Below are positions 60,873-64,000 of a DNA stretch of 64,000 nucleotides, piece by piece. The notes under the pieces were generated by a model. The model did no database searches. It had not been told where the DNA came from and saw only the letters and a program-made list of their open reading frames with translations. The DNA lies in assembly GCA_963713925.1 (NCBI GenBank), contig OY970212.1, forward strand, positions 352,001-416,000. Reading direction: 5' to 3'. This DNA is from an uncultured bacterium. Lineage in GTDB: Bacteria; Babelota; Babeliae; Babelales; Vermiphilaceae. Both the position numbers and the translations under genes were made by a program. Numbering within the stretch: the first letter of the stretch is position 1; the number at the start of each line of letters is the position of its first letter.

Positions 60873-61070
60873 AGGTGAACAGATTTTTTATTTTGTTAGT
60901 TTCGGAAGAAGTATATCGGAAAAAATCAGATAAAAAGTCTCAATCTGGGCCCCCAAGTGTAATGAAATGAAGCTTGGGTAAAATTGAGCTTAGTAAGAAG
61001 CGCAGATTGAGTATAAAACGGGACCCATACATTGGGCCCCAGTCGTAACGAAGTGTAGACAGGGTAATGT

Positions 61071-62273
61071 ATGGGTATTTATAGATGGTCCGGCGTTGAT
61101 CTGACCGGACAATTTCAAAAAGGCATGCGGTATGCGCGCTCGATAGAAGAGCTTGATGTGCATTTATTGCAACGCTCTGTTGCGCTCACACGCGCACGGC
61201 GGGTACGGAGCTTTATCACAAAAAAATGTAATCAACGAGAAACCGCCCACTTTTATGCTTCGATGGCAACTTTGCTGCAAGCAGGCTTAAAAGTGCCGGA
61301 GGCGCTTGAAGTGGTGGTCAAGAGCGCATCGCGTCCTGAAATAGCTCAATTGTATGATATGTTATGTGCTGATGTTGTTCATGGTGCTCGGTTAGCTGAT
61401 GCGTGCGACAAACAAGCTCAGTTGGCTGATGCACCAAGCGTAGCCATGATTTTGGCAGGAGAATCGAGTGGCAAGCTCGCTGCTGCCTTAAGCGCTAATT
61501 ACCATCGTCTGCAAGCTATGAATGAATTTAAGTCGCTCACGCGCAATGCGCTTTTGATGCCAATGATCACATTTGGCGCATTTATCATGTTGCTTCTCTT
61601 TGTTTTCACGTGGCTCATTCCGATCATGAAACCATTTATTACAAAGGCAACTGGACAGCTGCCATGGAGCGCGCGAATTATGTTCGTAATCAGTGAGATG
61701 CTCAGGCAACCGCAGGCATTGTTGTATGTCGCGGCTCTTGGCGGGGGTATCTATTTTTGCTTTCGATTACTTCGGCGACGGCAAAATGTAAAGAAAACGT
61801 GGGAACAATTTCTTTTGTCTCTTCCTTTTTTTGGATCACTTTTGATTGTCAGAGAACGGGCAATCGTGTTTGATATTTTAAAATTGCTCCATGCGCAAGG
61901 CATTGAAATGTTACAAGCACTTGCCATTGCCCGTGCGTCAATTTCATATTCATCAATTGCAGATGAATTTCTATTAATTGAATCAGCAGTGTCTGCAGGG
62001 ACTTCGATCAATCAAGCATGCGCACGCACAAAAACATGGTATGATCCTGAAATTGCCGGACTTTTGCTCGTGGGCGAGCGGAGCGGCACATTGCATGATT
62101 CTCTCGAGCGCATTGTTCGCTTGCAGCGCACGCAGCTTTCTGCAAAATTGAAGCTCATTTCAATTCTGGTGCAACCGCTTATTATTGCCGTGTTAGGCGG
62201 CATTATCGCGCTTGTGATGGTCTCGATCTATATGCCACTGTTACAAATGCCGAACATCATCTCTGGTTGGTAG
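61071..62273 (+). CDS. pilC: Type II secretion/type IV pilus platform protein (GspF/PilC)
   Basis: LLQAGL, AGESSGKL, VGERSGTL, QPLII..SIYMP duplicated T2SSF domains. Confidence 0.88.
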   Translation: MGIYRWSGVDLTGQFQKGMRYARSIEELDVHLLQRSVALTRARRVRSFITKKCNQRETAHFYASMATLLQAGLKVPEALEVVVKSASRPEIAQLYDMLCADVVHGARLADACDKQAQLADAPSVAMILAGESSGKLAAALSANYHRLQAMNEFKSLTRNALLMPMITFGAFIMLLLFVFTWLIPIMKPFITKATGQLPWSARIMFVISEMLRQPQALLYVAALGGGIYFCFRLLRRRQNVKKTWEQFLLSLPFFGSLLIVRERAIVFDILKLLHAQGIEMLQALAIARASISYSSIADEFLLIESAVSAGTSINQACARTKTWYDPEIAGLLLVGERSGTLHDSLERIVRLQRTQLSAKLKLISILVQPLIIAVLGGIIALVMVSIYMPLLQMPNIISGW

Positions 62274-62897
62274 GAACGCCGATTGTCCAGGCAAGGTTTG
62301 AAAAGCAAAAAAATTCTGCTGCGGTGCATACACAATAATCGGTGGCTGTTGCATGGAAGTAGGTGTTTTGAGCTGCTTGGAAATAAACTGCTGTTGGATC
62401 ATTGCAGGGGAAGGTTTGAAGGCTTTCGGGGCCGCGGGTTGTTTGGGCATTTGAGTTGCTACCGGGTATATGGGGATTGGATGTTGAGGTTGTCCCATCA
62501 TAAAATGAGGGTTATCAGCCAATGGAGCGGGATTCAGAAGGCTGCTGATGCTCATTGTTGTAGTGCGTTTGGGAAGTTTGGGAAAATCTTTCTTTTTTAT
62601 GTTCGATTCTGGTTTTGGTAGCTCATAGCGGCTCTCGTCAACAAACTTGATTTTATTAGAGCTCGAAGTAGGTGCGGACAAAGGTATTCGAGTATTAATA
62701 TGAGTAAGTAGTGCATTCCAATCAAAAAATGTCGGACTTGCGTCTATCTCGGTTTGCAAATAGAACGTTATTCTTTCTCCTTTGCTATAAATAGCAGTTA
62801 CGGGTTTACCGTTCTCTACCTCTTTTTTGAGTTGGAATTCAAAGGCGTATGTGCCTATCGGACATAATAAAAGGATAAGGGTATATTTCATTTTCAT
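62241..62897 (-). CDS. Secreted Pro/Gln-rich hypothetical protein
   Basis: Signal peptide; low-complexity C-terminus. Confidence 0.6.
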   Translation of the reverse strand: MKMKYTLILLLCPIGTYAFEFQLKKEVENGKPVTAIYSKGERITFYLQTEIDASPTFFDWNALLTHINTRIPLSAPTSSSNKIKFVDESRYELPKPESNIKKKDFPKLPKRTTTMSISSLLNPAPLADNPHFMMGQPQHPIPIYPVATQMPKQPAAPKAFKPSPAMIQQQFISKQLKTPTSMQQPPIIVYAPQQNFFAFQTLPGQSAFLPTRDDVRHL

Positions 62898-63013
62898 AAG
62901 ATTCTTTCTAATTATTGGGTAGATTTGTTTATACCTGTGCCGGCGAAAAGGCGCTCAGCTCGTGGGATTGTAGCATTCGGGAATAGGCAATGGATGGAGC
63001 GATACATTCAGAA

Positions 63014-63358
63014 TCATCCTGAAGAGCGAAAATAGGGAACAATAGGAGCTTGTTGTAAGGCTGTTATTTGTGGAATATCTATGATTTGCCCCCAAGGACC
63101 CAGTTTTATAGCCAGTGGAATGAGGAGTTGTTTTCTGGGTGCTGCCACGGAGGCTTTATCTGTCTGCGCGAGAAGCTCCTTTGCTTGTGCAATACGTTTT
63201 TCAATATCTGCAAGACGTTTTGCAACAACGTTTGACTGAAGAGATTCGTAATTATCGGCAGCTTGTATTGCCATACCGCAAAACAAAAGAATAAGGGTAT
63301 ATTTCAGACTTATAGGGTTCCTCCAAATCTTTTTATGAGTTATATCATTATCTGTCAT
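63014..63358 (-). CDS. Hypothetical protein sharing a leader with 62241..62897
   Basis: KYTLILL.C leader; start uncertain. Confidence 0.45.
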   Translation of the reverse strand: MTDNDITHKKIWRNPISLKYTLILLFCGMAIQAADNYESLQSNVVAKRLADIEKRIAQAKELLAQTDKASVAAPRKQLLIPLAIKLGPWGQIIDIPQITALQQAPIVPYFRSSG

Positions 63359-63486
63359 TATACCTCATATCAGACGTCATTTCAAATGCATAATAAGAAA
63401 TGTTTTCTCCCTGTGTATTATACCGCATTTATTTCTGATATACTCATAATAGCTTCTGATTCTTAATTGCTAGCAGCTGAGGGATT

Positions 63487-64000
63487 ATGTCTTTTATTTC
63501 TTGTATAAAAAAATTGGTCTTTATTATCGCATTCATAACCATGAGTCTATCTGCCGTTCAAGAGCTCACAGAGATTGATTCTCTTTTGCAAGAGCGTTTT
63601 GGCAGCCATCAGTTTGATACTGCGTATTCTGGGGCTCAAGAGGGGGTAATGATTATTTCTCAGGATGAATGGCAGGAGCTCAAGATTGATGATTTTATAG
63701 AAAAACTTCATGAGCAGAATCTTATTAAAACACCAGTTGGAAAATGGGGGCTCAGTCGCACCCTTGTTCCAACGAGTAATGGGTCTCTGATTGCCGAGCG
63801 TCAGGAGCAGCTTCGAGCATTGAAAGATCAAGAGCTCTTTGATAGACTTGCTCGGACGTTGCATGTGGCCAGTGATGAATGTACAACGCTTGACTGGTAC
63901 CTCAAAAATAAAGATAAAAGCTTAGGAAGTTTAGCACCGTATTATTTTCAAACGTTTGATACATATCTTAATAATAATGAACTCATTTTGAGTGGATCAT
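63487..64000 (+). CDS. Secreted MutS-core-like protein, 3' truncated (absent from the ORF track)
   Basis: Open frame MSFISCIKKLVFII... to window end; KTPVGKWGL...P.....IAERQ resembles MutS domain III. Confidence 0.55.
   Translation, partial: MSFISCIKKLVFIIAFITMSLSAVQELTEIDSLLQERFGSHQFDTAYSGAQEGVMIISQDEWQELKIDDFIEKLHEQNLIKTPVGKWGLSRTLVPTSNGSLIAERQEQLRALKDQELFDRLARTLHVASDECTTLDWYLKNKDKSLGSLAPYYFQTFDTYLNNNELILSGS

Noticed and set aside
1..64000. Alternative genetic code (TGA recoding)
   Set aside because: Conserved genes such as groEL, dnaJ and recD2 end at TGA at the expected position.

Overview
Bacterial chromosome segment of roughly 40% GC (by eye), read with the standard code. Gene content and the many short signal-peptide hypothetical proteins suggest a reduced, host-associated lineage such as Candidatus Dependentiae/Babeliae (inference only). 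Housekeeping genes: recD2, ftsQ-like/ftsA/ftsZ, rlmB-type methyltransferase, dps, rpsA, ndk, rpe, groES/groEL, proS, large MscS channel, recO, M3 peptidase, dnaJ, nurA, iscU/sufU, pilC-like, and tRNA-Ser(TGA), tRNA-Arg(ACG), tRNA-Ser(GCT). The most striking feature is a set of small palindromic DNA elements. (A) A stand-alone GIY-YIG nuclease gene is enclosed by perfect 43-bp inverted repeats; there is also an internally deleted MITE-like copy and two solo repeats. (B) A GGGCCCC...GGGTAT hairpin family occurs at about 17 loci and nests into itself, into family A and into coding sequence. (C) A CGTAGC/GCGAAG hairpin family abuts tRNA CCA ends. (D) A 410-550 bp multi-hairpin element is present twice. 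No DDE or HUH transposase, integrase or CRISPR array was recognised. Also notable: a two-gene cassette flanked by a duplicated rlmB 3' half, two secreted-protein genes between groES and groEL, and several effector-like proteins.
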